Source: Eledone cirrhosa (lineage: Eukaryota). Taken from it: a stretch of 64,000 nt of DNA. The stretch is from NCBI GenBank assembly GCA_964016885.1, contig OZ024743.1, forward strand, positions 26,412,001 through 26,476,000, given 5' to 3'. Numbering within the stretch: the stretch's first letter is position 1; each line of letters begins with the position of its first letter. This document shows, piece after piece, positions 26,826-39,437 of the stretch. Made by a program: the position numbers and the translations under genes. The notes beneath the pieces are model-generated. The model was not told where the DNA came from, searched no databases, and saw nothing but the letters and a program-made list of their open reading frames with translations.

Positions 26826-27204
26826 AGCTAATAGCGTTGCACCTCTGAAAGGCAATGTCACAGGATCAAGATCTCTGGCATTATGAGGTAATACAGAAAC
26901 CCCAACTTCCCACGGGCCCAGGCCAAGGCTGAAACATACATACAGTATGCACCACTCCATCCCACCCTCCCATATATCTTTCATGAGAACAGGCCGAAAC
27001 ACTGTAAAGTGGTCGTGATGGTGACACGGTAAAAAACACCCAGTCCACACTGTAAAGTAGTCGTGGAGGAATCACAACAAAAAACACCCAGTACTCACTG
27101 TAAATGAGCTTGGCATTAGGAAGGGCATCCAGCTGTAGAAACCAAGCCAAAATCAGTTCTTTATGAGCAAGACATGGTCACCTGACCTAACATTGCCAAC
27201 AATA

Positions 27205-27569
27205 GAAGGCACATGGCTCAGTTGTTAGAGCATTGGGCTTGCAATTGAAAGGTTGTGAGTTTAATTCTCGGACCGGGTGATGTGTTGTTTCCTTGAGCAA
27301 GACACTTTATTTCATATTTCTCCAGTTTACTCAGCTGTAGAAATGAGATGATAGGACTGGGGTCCCTATCATTCCACTGCAAAGTAGTCGTGGAGGTGCC
27401 ACGGCAAAAAAAAAAAAAAACATGAGGTTGGTGTTAGGAAGGGCATCCAGCTGTAGAAATCAAGACAGAATCAGTTCCCGTATGAGCAAGAAAAGGTCAG
27501 CCGACCGGACACTGCCCACAACAGGACAACCCATGCTAGCGTAGAAGAACTGACATAAAATGATGATGA
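27205..27569 (+). mobile_element. SINE family A copy
   Basis: ggcacatggctcagttgttagagc head, ending in (GAT)n. Confidence 0.8.
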
Positions 27570-27802
27570 AATATAACAGAGTTTTATAGCTTGCTTGAAG
27601 CATTGATGAATAGGAAACACAAATTTAAATTTTGAAAACCAAGTTGAGGGCCTTTGAACCCCAGGCTATTGCAATATCAGCTCCTAATTCTAGATGTGGA
27701 AGACGGGACCTTTGGTACCACACAGTGATGTCCTGTTCGAGAATTGGTCCAGCTCTCAATGCGAAGGTTTGGTCTTAGTCCCCCCAGGATTTTCCATATG
27801 TA

Positions 27803-30800
27803 TCATCATCATAGTTTAACGTCCATCTTCCACGCTTGCATGGGTTTGGACGGGAGTTTTCCCACTTGAGGAAAGAGTGGTTGTCTTGCTCGCATAGGAC
27901 TGTCTGGCGGGTTTTCTACGACTGGATGCCCTTCCTAACACCAACCACATTTACAGTGTGGACTGGGAGGTTTTTACCGTGTTACCTACACGGCCACATT
28001 ACAGCGTGGACTGTGTGTTTTTTTGTCGTGACACCTACACGACCTCATTTGTTTCAGACTGGATGTTGTGGTACCAACATAACTTTACATTGAAAGGGGT
28101 GGGGGTAGTGGGACGGGGGTGTATTTTTGTTAGAAGTGCCTACTGACTGTAGGTTTCACTTTGTACTTAGGTAAGGCGGGTCTTCTGTATTACTGTGTAG
28201 CACCAAAGATCTCGGTCCAGTGACATTGTCTTGGAGAGGTGTAAGTGTGTGAGGTCGGAATTTATCAGCTCGTCCCAGGTTTTTCTGGGTCTGCCTACTC
28301 CGTGGCTACCGTCTATTTTTATTGCCCTGCACTTTTTTATACAGCTGTCTTTCATGCGCATCACGTGACCATACCAACGTAGTCTTCTCTCGAGTAAACA
28401 ACATCTGATCCCTCTTATTTTTAATTTTTCCCTTAGTTCGTTTATGCTTTGCCGTTCACGTATATTACTATTACACATCCAGCGGAGCTTGCAAGCTTCG
28501 TTCCTCTCCAGTCTGCTTATATCCTCTGCACACAATGCCCAGGTCTCACTGCCATGTAACATTGCTGTTCGTATGCAGGCATCATACAGCCTGCCTTTCA
28601 TTTTTAGAGAGAACCCTTTAGCGGCTAATAGTGGTATAAGCTCTCTGAATTTTTCCATCCAGTTCTGACTCTCGCTACTGTACTTTCAGAGCACCCTCCA
28701 CCACTGCTGATTTTGTCACCCAAGTAACGGAAGGTGTCCACTATTTCTATAGAACCATCTGTGCAATGGAATGAGCTAGTATTCTGTGGGCACTTGCTGC
28801 TACTTATTGCACCAGAGCACCGGCCACATATAAAATCTATATTCTTAGTTAGCTTACCTGTGATCCCACTACATCTTTTATGCACCTATACTTTGCATTT
28901 GGGACATAAAATGGAGTTTCTACCTACTCCTTTCCTACACACTGAGCATGGCCATTTCCCGGATGGGACCGGTGCCCTATTTTCCTTCCTACAAACTAGA
29001 ACTTTAGTCATAGACAGGTTAATTTTAAGGCCTTTTGATTCTAGGCCATGCTTCCATGTTTGGAATTTCTTCTCTAGTTCAGCCATTGATTCAGCTATGA
29101 GCATTAGATCATCTGCGTATAGGAGTTCCCATGGGCAGCCGGTCTTGAACTCTACTGTTATAGCCTGAAGGGCAATAATAAATAGTAGGTGATTAAGAAC
29201 GGAGCCCTGATGAACACCAACTTTTACGCTAAACTCTTCACTATATTCGTTGTTAATTCTAACCTTGCTGACTGTTTCTTTATATATGGCTTGTATAGCT
29301 CTCACAAGCCATTCATCAACACCTAGTTTTCTAAAAGCCCACCAGATAATGGAACGGGGCACTCTGTCGAAGGCTTTCTCCAAGTCGACAAAAGCTAAGT
29401 ATAGGGGTTTACTTTTAGCTAGGTACTTCTCCTGTAGTTGTCGTACAATGAAAAGACCGTCTCTGGTACTTTTACCTGACACAAACCCGAACTGCATTTC
29501 ATCTAGATCAATTTGTTCTCTGATTAGTTGCGCTATTACTTTTTCTGTGACCTTCATGACCTGGTCGATTAATTTAATGCCTCTATTGTTACCTCTATCT
29601 AGGGCATCTCCTTTAGCCTTGTAGCAGTTAATGATGATGCTGCTACGCCAATCCTTCGGAACAACTCCATTCTGTATGACTTGGCTTACTATCCGGGTGA
29701 CCATAGTATGTCCCACCGTTCCAGAAGCTTTCAGCATTTCAGCAACTATTTCCGAAGGTCCAGCCGCCTTACCCGTCTTCATATCTTTGATTGCCTTACT
29801 TATTATACTACCTTTGACTAACACTGCTGGTCCCTCTATTGGATCGATGTGGGGGAGACTGTCTTTCTCCCATTTATTCTCCTCATTTAGTAGCCTTTCG
29901 TAGTGACACTTCCAAGCTACCTTCTTATCATCGTCAGTGATGGAAAGTACACCATCATCATTAAGGACACACTTCTCCCCAACAATATCACGGTTTTCCT
30001 TGACACATTGCCTAGCAATCATGAACACCTCACGTTTTTGGTCCTCGCGTTGTAGAACATGCTTGAACTTTCTTTCCTCTGCTTCCCTTCTTGCGAAGTA
30101 CATTTGTCTCCTAGCTTCCCTCCTGGCCACTTGATAGTCTTCTCTACTTCCCCCATCCCACCATACTTTCCAAGCCTTCTTTTTGGCCTTAATTGACTCC
30201 TCCACCTTACTGTTCCACCACCACATTACTCTCCTCCTGCCTATAGGCCTGCTCCAGCCACAGACTTCATCTGCCGCCTTCAGCAGGTTTGCTTTCAGGA
30301 ATTCCCACTGTTCCTCTATATTGTACGATTCTAATTGCTCTTCCTTACTGTCGAAAGCATCAAGTAATATGCTTTTAAATTTATTACTGGCTGTGGGGTC
30401 CTTTAGCTTCCATATTTTTCTCCTGAGGATAGTCCTCTTCTGTTGTCGAGTACGTCTCGTCCTGACTATGAGGTCGCTAATTATGAGTCTATGTTGGGAG
30501 GTGCATTCTTCATGGGGGAGGGATTTAGTGTTTACAACAGACACTCTGTCACGTCTTCTGGTAAGGATATAATCTACCTGGCTGGTATGTTCCCCTGATC
30601 TGTAGGTGATCAAGTGATTGTCTCGTTTTTTGAAGTTAGTGTTACAGATATATTTCTTTATTAGCCACAGGGGCACAAAAGAAGGGGACAAATACAAAGG
30701 GGGAAGTTTACATACAATAAAAACGTGTAAAATGTTATCACAGATGGAATTTAAAAGTTAGTCGATTTTCCCCAATAGAGGGAGACAGTTTATATGGGTA

Positions 30801-31700
30801 TGTTACAGATAGTTAGGTTATTTGCGTCACAGAATTCCAGGATTCTGGAGCCTTCCTCATTTCTAGTACCAAACCCATAGCCTCCATGGATTCCGTCATA
30901 GCCGTCACAATGTTGTCCAACGTGACCATTTAGGTCGCCAGCAATAATTATATTGTCACTGTCGGTTATTTGGGAGGTAGTGAGCATCAGTGTCTCATAG
31001 AATATGTCTTTTATAGCGCCAGGAAGTCCGGATTGGGGTGCGTACGCAGATATTACTGTCACAGTAGTTCTATTTAGAACAAGTCTTATTTTAATTATTC
31101 TGTCATTCACTCTATTTACGTCTATTATCTTAACCACCCATTTGTCTGCTAACATGATTCCTACCCCACCCAGCCCATTGTCATTTCCCACCCAGAAAAG
31201 CTTATAGCATCGTTTTTTACCCACAATGAATCTAGCAGACCCGCCCCTCCACCTGGTCTCTTGAATACAGCAAACATCAACCTCCTTACGTTCAAGCATT
31301 TCTACAACCTCGTTAGAGCGGCCTTTTAAGGTGCCTACATTCATGATACCAACTCTGAAGTTTTGGATTGCGTTTGGTGGGTGGGGCGCGGGGAGGGGTG
31401 AGGGGGTGGGGTTGGGGTTATGTTGGCCATCCGTGGCCGAAACAAAGAGGAGGAGTCCTTGCCCTTTCGTCCGGCAGCATGAGGTGAATTTGACGTTATC
31501 TTTGGCATTGTCTCCGAGTGTCCAGATTCTTCAGACTCTCCAGAAATTCCTTAGTCCATCCATCATATCGAAAAACAACCAGGAGAAGTGATAGCATAGG
31601 CCGCTGACTTATGATTGGTCCAAATAATAGTGGTGGAGAGTGGGGGCGGGCGGGAGGGGTATGGGGTAGTTAGCGAGGAGAAGGTTTTAAATAAAGCAAT
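27803..31700 (-). mobile_element. Near full-length RTE-clade LINE (APE endonuclease, RT, PHD-like finger), disrupted
   Basis: ORF 31344-30790 has APE motifs (NVGTL, CCIQETRW, SAYAPQ, AGDLNGHVG). ORF 30697-28886 has QVDYIL, SQHRL, QFGFVSGKST, FVDLEKAFDRV, GVHQGSVL, LLYADDL. C-terminus has RRLRWYGHV and GRPRKTW. (GAT)n tail at ~27803. Disrupted by a 150-bp insertion, an amber stop and a frameshift near 28650. 5' end approximate. Confidence 0.93.
30651..30800 (-). mobile_element. Short 5'-truncated LINE 3' end nested in the RTE ORF
   Basis: Flanked by the 11-bp duplication TGTTACAGATA (30640-30650 and 30801-30811). Minus-strand end is ...gtggctAATAAAgaaata. Confidence 0.8.
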
Positions 31701-32035
31701 AAACAGTAACAAGCGATATACTGGGATTTTAAAATACACAAGATTATTTAAAACAGCCAGACAGAATTATAGAATAGCATTGAGAAAGTAGGATTGGATT
31801 CTGGGCGATTATACAGATATATGGATGGATGAACCGAAGGGTGGGGAGACAAGAAGAAAATGATATCATTGCATATCTCTCCCGTCTTCATTCCGAGGAG
31901 TAGAGTTTCAGTTCTTTTAGACTCTCCCAGTAGTTTATCTCCTTCATCGTGGCAACCTTCTTGGTGTAGCTTCATTGGATTGCTTCAAGCTCCATGGTTA
32001 GTTTGATACTATGGAGTGACCACTGCTGGGAACAT

Positions 32036-32399
32036 TCATCATCATTTCATTTTACGTCCACTTTTTCCCCTGCTTGCAAGGGTGGGACAGGAACTGATTC
32101 TGGCTTGATTTCTACAGCTGGATGTCCTTCCTAACACCAACCTCATTTACAGTGAGTGCTGGGTGCTTTTTTCCCGTGGCACCTCCACATCCACTTTACA
32201 GTGTGGGCTGGGTGCTTTTTTGCCGTGGCACCTCCACGACCACTTTGCAGTGGAATGATAAGGACCCCAGTCCTATCATCTCATTTCTACAGCTGAGTAA
32301 ACTGGAGCAATGTGAAATAAAGTGTCTTGCTCAAGGAAACAACACATCACCCGGTGTGAGAATTGAACTCACAACCTTTCGATTGCAAGGCCAATGCTC
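32036..32399 (-). mobile_element. SINE family A copy
   Basis: Same sequence as 17421-17780, followed by (CA)n. Confidence 0.8.
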
Positions 32400-32411
32400 A
32401 ATATGTATGTG

Positions 32412-32506
<95 letters not shown>

Positions 32507-32520
32507 TAATAATAATACAT

Positions 32521-33078
32521 ATGAAGACTAAAATCCAAAGAGGGCTCGATAAGGATAAATATATATAAAATATATAAGAACCGTAGAGCAAATATTTATT
32601 AAAATAACAGATTAAAGTATAAGCAAAGAATCAGCTGCTTTCACCCTTAATGGGATCTTCTGAAACTAAAAAAAAAATCAATCTGCGAACGCAGAAGTAA
32701 ATATTTCGAAAAACGTTGCAACCGAAATGAAGACAGGAAGGCGATACTTTGGTTCGTGGAGACGTAGTTTTAGGTATTTCTTCCTGCTTGGTACGGGTAT
32801 GTTCTTTGTAGAAATATTCAGATGTTTCTACATGATGAATATAAGTCAATAGAGTACTCAATCAAGGGAGCCAAATAGTAATAATAATAAATTTGAAGAC
32901 TAACATCCAAAGAGAGATCGATAAGGATAAATATATATCAAATATATAAGAACCGTAGAGCAAATATTTATTAAAATAACAGATTAAAGTTTAACCAAAG
33001 AATCGGCTGCTTTTACCCTTAATGGGATCTTCTGAAACTAAAAAAAAATCAATCTGTGATCACAGAAGTAAATATTTC
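32521..33078 (-). mobile_element. Penelope-like element 3' end with direct pseudo-LTR repeats
   Basis: ~186-bp direct repeats (32521-32707 and 32893-33078), each with a degenerate hammerhead (CAGAAGA TCCC-loop-GGGT GAAA in the first). The spacer translates to ..DLYSSCRN.., like the ELxSxCRH end of Penelope GIY-YIG ORFs. Confidence 0.55.
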
Positions 33079-33216
33079 TAAGCCGACCTTTCCCAATTGC
33101 ACCTCTCAAGGGCAATGACACACGACCATGACCTCTGGCGTCACACAGTAATACAGAAGACCTGACTTTCCACAGGAACATATAGACAATATTTGTTTTC
33201 CTTTGTTTTTTTATAT

Positions 33217-36200
33217 CCTATCAACTAATCCGACCTCCAAAATGCTTACAATTGACTAATTTTTTAGCATATTAACAACAAATATGATTTCCACTGCAAT
33301 TAAAAATGACTAGCTTTGTGAATGGTTTTTCCACCCACTTTCTGCCTTCAGTTTTCTACAAAGCTAATCATTGACAATAGGTTTCAAAGTTAAATTCATT
33401 CATAATATGTGAAAAAAATAGTCAACTGCGAGCATTGGTGTGATGTAAATGGTAGGAGTAGGTGTTCTGTAATAAATTTACCATATGGTGAAGTATGGTT
33501 ATGGTGAAGTATATGGTGTGGATTGGGGTAGATTAATGTGGTGTGGTGTGCTTTGTTATAAGTAAGGATTTAAATTTCCACTTTGATTTATGTTAGAAAA
33601 ATAATTTTTCCTTCATTTTTGCATGTGCTGTCAACTTCCAAGAAGCTCGCAGTGGACTATGCTTTTAGCATATTAACAAAAAATATGACTTCCGCTGCAA
33701 TAAAAAATGGCTAGCTTTGTAAATGGTATTTCCACCCACTTCCTCCCTCTTTTTTCTACAAAGCTAGTCATTTTCATCAGGTTTCCATGTCATAACTATT
33801 GATAATATGCGCATAAAATAGTAATTTGCAAGAACCATTTATGTCAAATTGGGTGGTAAGCACAAAAAAAAAAAACAAAAAAAAATGCCAAATGAAAATT
33901 TGTCACACCAAAATCAATAGCTTGGTGTGATGTAGTATGGTGTGGTTTGGTGAAGTTTCTACAAAGATAGTCATTTTCGACAGGTTTCCATGTCATAATT
34001 ATTGATAAGTGGAAAAAAATAGTCAATTGGGAGCACCTTTAATGTCAGAAAAAAAAAAGGAAACGGGAAGAAAATTTTTCACACCAAGATCAATAGCTTG
34101 GTGCGATGTAGTATAGTGTAACTTGGTATGGTGTGGTTTGGTTCGGTTTGATGAAGTTATGAAATGGAAACCAATTGTAAATGATAGATCCCCATGTCAT
34201 ATTCATTGATAATGTGTGGGAAAATAGTCATTTGCAAGCACCTTTGATGTTAGTTTGAGGTAGTAACCACAAAAAAAAAAAGCAGGTAACAAATTTGTCA
34301 CATTGATGTCCATACCATGGTGTGATGTAAATAGTAGGAGTAGGTGTTCTGTAATAAATTTACCATATAGTGAAGTATGGTTATGGTGAATTTATGGTGT
34401 GGAATAGGGTAGATTAATGTCCTGTAGTGTGCAGTGAGGATTTAAATTTCCACTTTGATTTATGTTAGGAAAAAATTTTTCCTTCATTTTTGCATGTGCT
34501 ATCAACTTCCAAGAAGCTCGCAGTGGACTATGCTTTTAGCATATTAACAAAAAATATGACTTCCGCTGCAATAAAAAATGACTAGCTTTGTAAATGGTAT
34601 TTCCACCCACATCCTCCCTCTTTTTTCTACAAAGCTAGTCATTTTCATCAGGTTTCTATGTCATAACCATTGATAATATGTGCATAAAATAGTAATTTGC
34701 GAGCACCTTTTATGTCAAATTGGGTGGCAAGCACAAAAAAAAAAAAAAAAAAAAATGCCGGATGAAAATTTATCACACCAAAATCAATATCTTGGTGTGA
34801 TGTAGCATGGTGTGGTTTGGTGAAGTTTCTACAAAGATAGTCATTTTCGACAGGTTTCCATGTCATAATTATTGATAAGTGGAAAAAAAAAAGTAAATTG
34901 GGATCACCTTTAATGTCAGATTGGGTGGTAAGCACACAGAAAAAAAAAAGGAAACGGGAAAAAAATGTTTCACACCAAGATCAATAGCTTGGTGCGATGT
35001 AGTATGGTGTAACTTGGTTTGGTGAAGTTATGAAATGGAAACCAATTCTAAACGATAGATTCCCATGTCATATTCATTGATAATCTGGGAAAATAGTCAT
35101 TTGCAAGCACCTTTGATGTTAGTTTGAGTGGTAACCACAAAAAAAAAAAAAAAGCAGGTAGCAAATATCACATTGATGTCCATACCATGGTGTGATGTAA
35201 ATGATAGGAGTAGGTGTTCTGTAATAAATTTACCATAAGATGGTGCTGTTTGATATGGTGTGGTTTGGGGTAGATTAATGTGGTGTGGTGTGCTTTGTTA
35301 TAAGTAAGGAATTAAATTTCCACTTTGATTTATGTAAGAAAAAAAATGTTTTCCTTCACTTTTGCATGTGCTATCAACTAATACAACTTCCAAGATGCTC
35401 GCAGTGGACTATGCTTTTAGCATATTAACAAAAAATATGACTTCCGCTGCAATAAAAAATGACTAGCTTTGTAAATGGTATTTCCACCCACATCCTCCCC
35501 CTTTTTTTCTACAAAGCTAGTCATTTTCGACAGTTTTCCATGTCATAATTATTGATAATATGTGCGAGAAATAGTCAATTGCAGCACCTTTGATGTCAGA
35601 TTGGGTGGTAAGAACACACACAAAAAAAAAAAAGAAACAGGAAGAAAATTTTTCACACTGAGATCAAAAACATGGTGTGATGTAGAATGGTATAGTTTGT
35701 TATGGTGTGGTTTGGATTGTTGTAGTTATGACATGGGAACCTATTGCAAATGATAGGTTTCCATGTTATATCCATTGATAATGTGTAAAAAAATAGTCAT
35801 TTGTGAGCACCTTTGATATCAGATTGGGTGGTAAGCACACACACAGAAAAAAAAAAACAGGAAGAAAAATGTTCTCACTGAGATTAATAGCATGGTGTGA
35901 TGTAGTATGGTGTAGTTTGGTGTAGTTTAATGTGGTATGGTTTTCCAACCTCCAACATGCTCACAGCCGACTATGCTTTTACCATCATCATCATCATTTT
36001 ACGTCCACTTTTCCCTGCTTGCAAGGGTGGGACGGGAATTGATTCTGGCTTGATTTCTACAGCTGGATGCCCTTCCTAACACCAACCCCATTTACAGTGA
36101 GTGCTAGGTGGTTTTTACCGTGGCACCTACACAACCACTTTGCAGTGGAATGATAGGGACCCCAGTCCCTATCATCTCATTTCTACAGCTGAGTAAACTG

Positions 36201-36700
36201 GAGCATGAAATAAAGTGTCTTGCTCAAGGAAACAACACACCATCTGGTCTGAGAATTGAACTCACAACCTTTCGATTGCAAGGCCAATGCTCTAACCTCT
36301 AAGCCATGTGCTTCCATTACCATATTAACAACAAATATGACTTTCACTGCAATCAAAAATGACAAGCTTTGTGAATGGTATTTCCACCCACTTTCCGCCC
36401 TCTTTTTTCTACAAAGCTAGTCATTTTCAACAGGTTTCAAAGTCTTCATTGATAATATGTGCAAAAAATAGTTAATTGCGAACACTTTTAATGTCAGATT
36501 GGGTGGTAAGCACACACACAAAAAAAGACAAAAAAGCAGGTGTGATGTAGTATGGTGTAGTTTGTTATGGTGTGGTTTGGTTTGGTATGGTTTAGTTAGG
36601 TGTAGTTATAACATGGAAACCTATCATAAATTTACCAAGGTATGGTATAATCTGGTTTGGTGTAGTGTAGGTTAGTGTGGTGTGTTATTGTGTTGCATCG
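33217..36700. repeat. Tandem array of ~870-bp composite units
   Basis: gcatgtgct(g/a)tcaact...gctcgcagtggactatgcttttagc recurs at 33621, 34492 and 35364, with partial units on either side. Confidence 0.85.
35983..36315 (-). mobile_element. SINE family A copy inserted in the 870-bp tandem array
   Basis: Interrupts the array unit between ctatgctttt and catattaacaa. Confidence 0.8.
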
Positions 36701-37402
36701 TATAGTGTGATTCTCTTTAAATTAAAATCATTAAATTGTAATGCCTATCTTCTATATCTTAAAGAGTGACCTTAAATGTGATTGCAAATGACTTTTTTCT
36801 CTGGGTTAATGTTAGATTTAGGGTAAGTTTTACTGTTAATGGTAAGTTTATTGTTAGTGACTGTGTTACTGTTAGCATTACTGTCACTGTTAGTGTTACT
36901 GTAACTGTTACTCTTACAGTTACTGTTTGCGTTACTGTCTGCATAAGCGTCTATGTAAGCTTTTGTGTTAGTGTCTATGTAGACTGGTGTTAGCATCTGC
37001 GTTAGTGTTTGCGTAAGTGTCAGCATCTATATCAGCATTTGCGTCAGCGTCTGCACTGGTGATAGTGATTGTGTCAGCATTTCCCTTAGCGTCTGAGTCA
37101 ACATTAGTGTTAGTATTAGTGTTTGTTTCAGTGCCTACGTCTACGTCAGCTTCTGAGCCAGCATTATCATTAGCGTCCACGTCAGCACTTGTGTCAGTGT
37201 CAGTATTTCCCTCAGTGTCAGCGTTTGCATCAGCATGCACGTCAGCATTTGCATTAGTGTTTGAGTCAGTGTTAGCATCAGCGTTTGCATTTGTGTAGGG
37301 GTTAGCATTTGCGTCAGCATCTGCATCAGCATTCACATTAGCATTAGCGTTTGCGACAGCGTTTCCTTTAACGTCTTTGTCAGCATTTCCGTTAGCGTCT
37401 GT

Positions 37403-37960
37403 GTCAGCGTGTACGTTAGCTTCTACGTCAGTGTTTACGTTAGCATCTATGTCAGTGTTTACGTTAGCTTCTACGTCAGTGTTTCCGTTAGCATCTATGT
37501 CAGTGTTTCCGTTAGCTTCTATGTCAGTGTTTCCGTTAGCTTCTACGTCAGTGTTTCCGTTAGCATCTATGTCAGTGTTTCCGTTAGCATCTATGTCAGT
37601 GTTTCCGTTAGCTTCTACGTCAGTGTTTCCGTTAGCATCTATGTCAGTGTTTCCGTTAGCTTCTACGTCAGTGTTTACGTTAGCATCTATGTCAGTGTTT
37701 CCGTTAGCATCTATGTCAGTGTTTCCGTTAGCATCTATGTCAGTGTTTCCGTTAGCTTCTACGTCAGTGTTTCCGTTAGCATCTATGTCAGTGTTTCCGT
37801 TAGCTTCTACGTCAGTGTTTACGTTAGCATCTATGTCAGTGTTTCCGTTAGCTTCTACATCAGTGTTTACGTTAGCATCTATGTCAGTGTTTCCGTTAGC
37901 TTCTACGTCAGTGTTTACGTTAGCATCTATGTCAGCGTTTCCGTTAGCTTCTACGACAGC
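37403..37960. repeat. Homogeneous 24-bp minisatellite (~23 units)
   Basis: Unit gtcagtgttt(c/a)cgttagc(a/t)tcta(t/c). Confidence 0.95.
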
Positions 37961-39437
37961 GTTTCCGACCGCGTCTGTGGCAGCGTCAGTATTTACATCT
38001 ACATCAGCGTCAGCGTTTCAGTTAACGTCAGTGTTTACGTTAGCGTCTGTGCCAGCGTTTACGTTAGCTTCTACGTCAGCGTTTCCGTAACGTCTACGTC
38101 AGCGTTTCCGTTAGCGTTGGCGTTTCCATTAACCTTTCCTGTGGCGTCCGCATCATTGCAGCGTCTGCATATCTCATGTAAGCGTTAACTTCAGCATTTG
38201 CGTCAGCGTTAACCCTAGCGTCCGCATCAGCATTTGCGTTAGCGTCAGAATACACGTCAGCGCCGGCAAAACTGCCTCAACATTTGCGTCAGCGTTAGCT
38301 TTGGCTTTGGCTTTAGCAATCCGCATCAGCAATTGCGTTTTGGAGATCAGCTTCAGCGGTAAGGGTAAACGCTAATTTCTACGCCTGCTTCTACGTTAAC
38401 AACTACGTCAGCGTTTTGTTAGCTTCTACGTCAGCGTTTACGTTAGCTTCTACATCAGCATCTACGTTAGCTTCTACGTCAGCGTCTACGTTAACATCTA
38501 CGTCATCGTTTACGTTAGCTTCTACGTCAGCATCTACATTAGCTTCTACATCAGCGCTTACATTAGTGTCTGTGTCAGCGTTTGTGTTAGCTTCTACGTC
38601 AGCGTCTGTGTCAGCGTCTGTATTTACATCTACATCAGCGTCAGCGTTTACATTTGCGTCTGTGTCAGCGTTTACGTTAGCTTCTACGTCATCGTTTACA
38701 TTAGCGTCTGCGTCATCGTTTACGTTAGTGTCTGTGTCAACGTGTGTTAGCATCTGTGTCAGCATTTATGTTAGCGTCTGCGTCAGTGTTTATATTAGCA
38801 TCTGCGTCAGTGTTTACGTTAGCATGTGTTAACGTGTGTTTGCGTTTGTGTCAGCGTCTGCATCAGCATTTTCATTAGTGTTTGCATCAGTGTTTCCTTT
38901 CGCTTCTACGTCAATGTTTACGTCTGCGTTAAGGTTCACATTAGCATCGCTGTCATCGTTTGCGTCAGCATTTGCGTTTGCTTTAACATCTGCATCAACA
39001 TTTGCGTCTGTGTTTGCATTAGTGTCTGCATTTGCTTTAGTGTTTGCATCAGCGTGAGAATTTGTGTCAGTGTCCACGTCAGCGTTAGAGTGTGTAGCAT
39101 TTACATCAGCGTGTACGTCAGAGTCTTTGTCAGCATTCGCCTTTGCACCTGCATCAGTATTCACTTTAGTGTTTGTGTCAGCGTAAGTGATTGTGTCAAC
39201 ATTTGCGCTAGCGTTTGTGCCAGCATAGCCATCTTCGTCAGTGTCAGCGTTGGCATTAGCGTTAGTGTTTCCATTAGTGTTCGTGTTAGTGTTTGATTTT
39301 GTATTAGTGTTAGCATTTTTGTTAGTGTTAGTGTTTGTGTTAGTTTTCAGGTTAATGTTGACTTAGTTTTCTGGTTAGTGTTAGTTTTCAGGTTAGGGCT
39401 CGTGTTACTTTTAGTGTTAGTGCTCAGGTTAGTGGTT

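Noticed and set aside
29250-30572. Plus-strand ORFs overlapping the RTE
   Set aside because: Antisense shadows of the LINE ORF.
37377-38188. Long plus-strand ORFs (SVFPLASM and VSVSIY repeats)
   Set aside because: They are by-products of a 24-bp minisatellite that is open in several frames.
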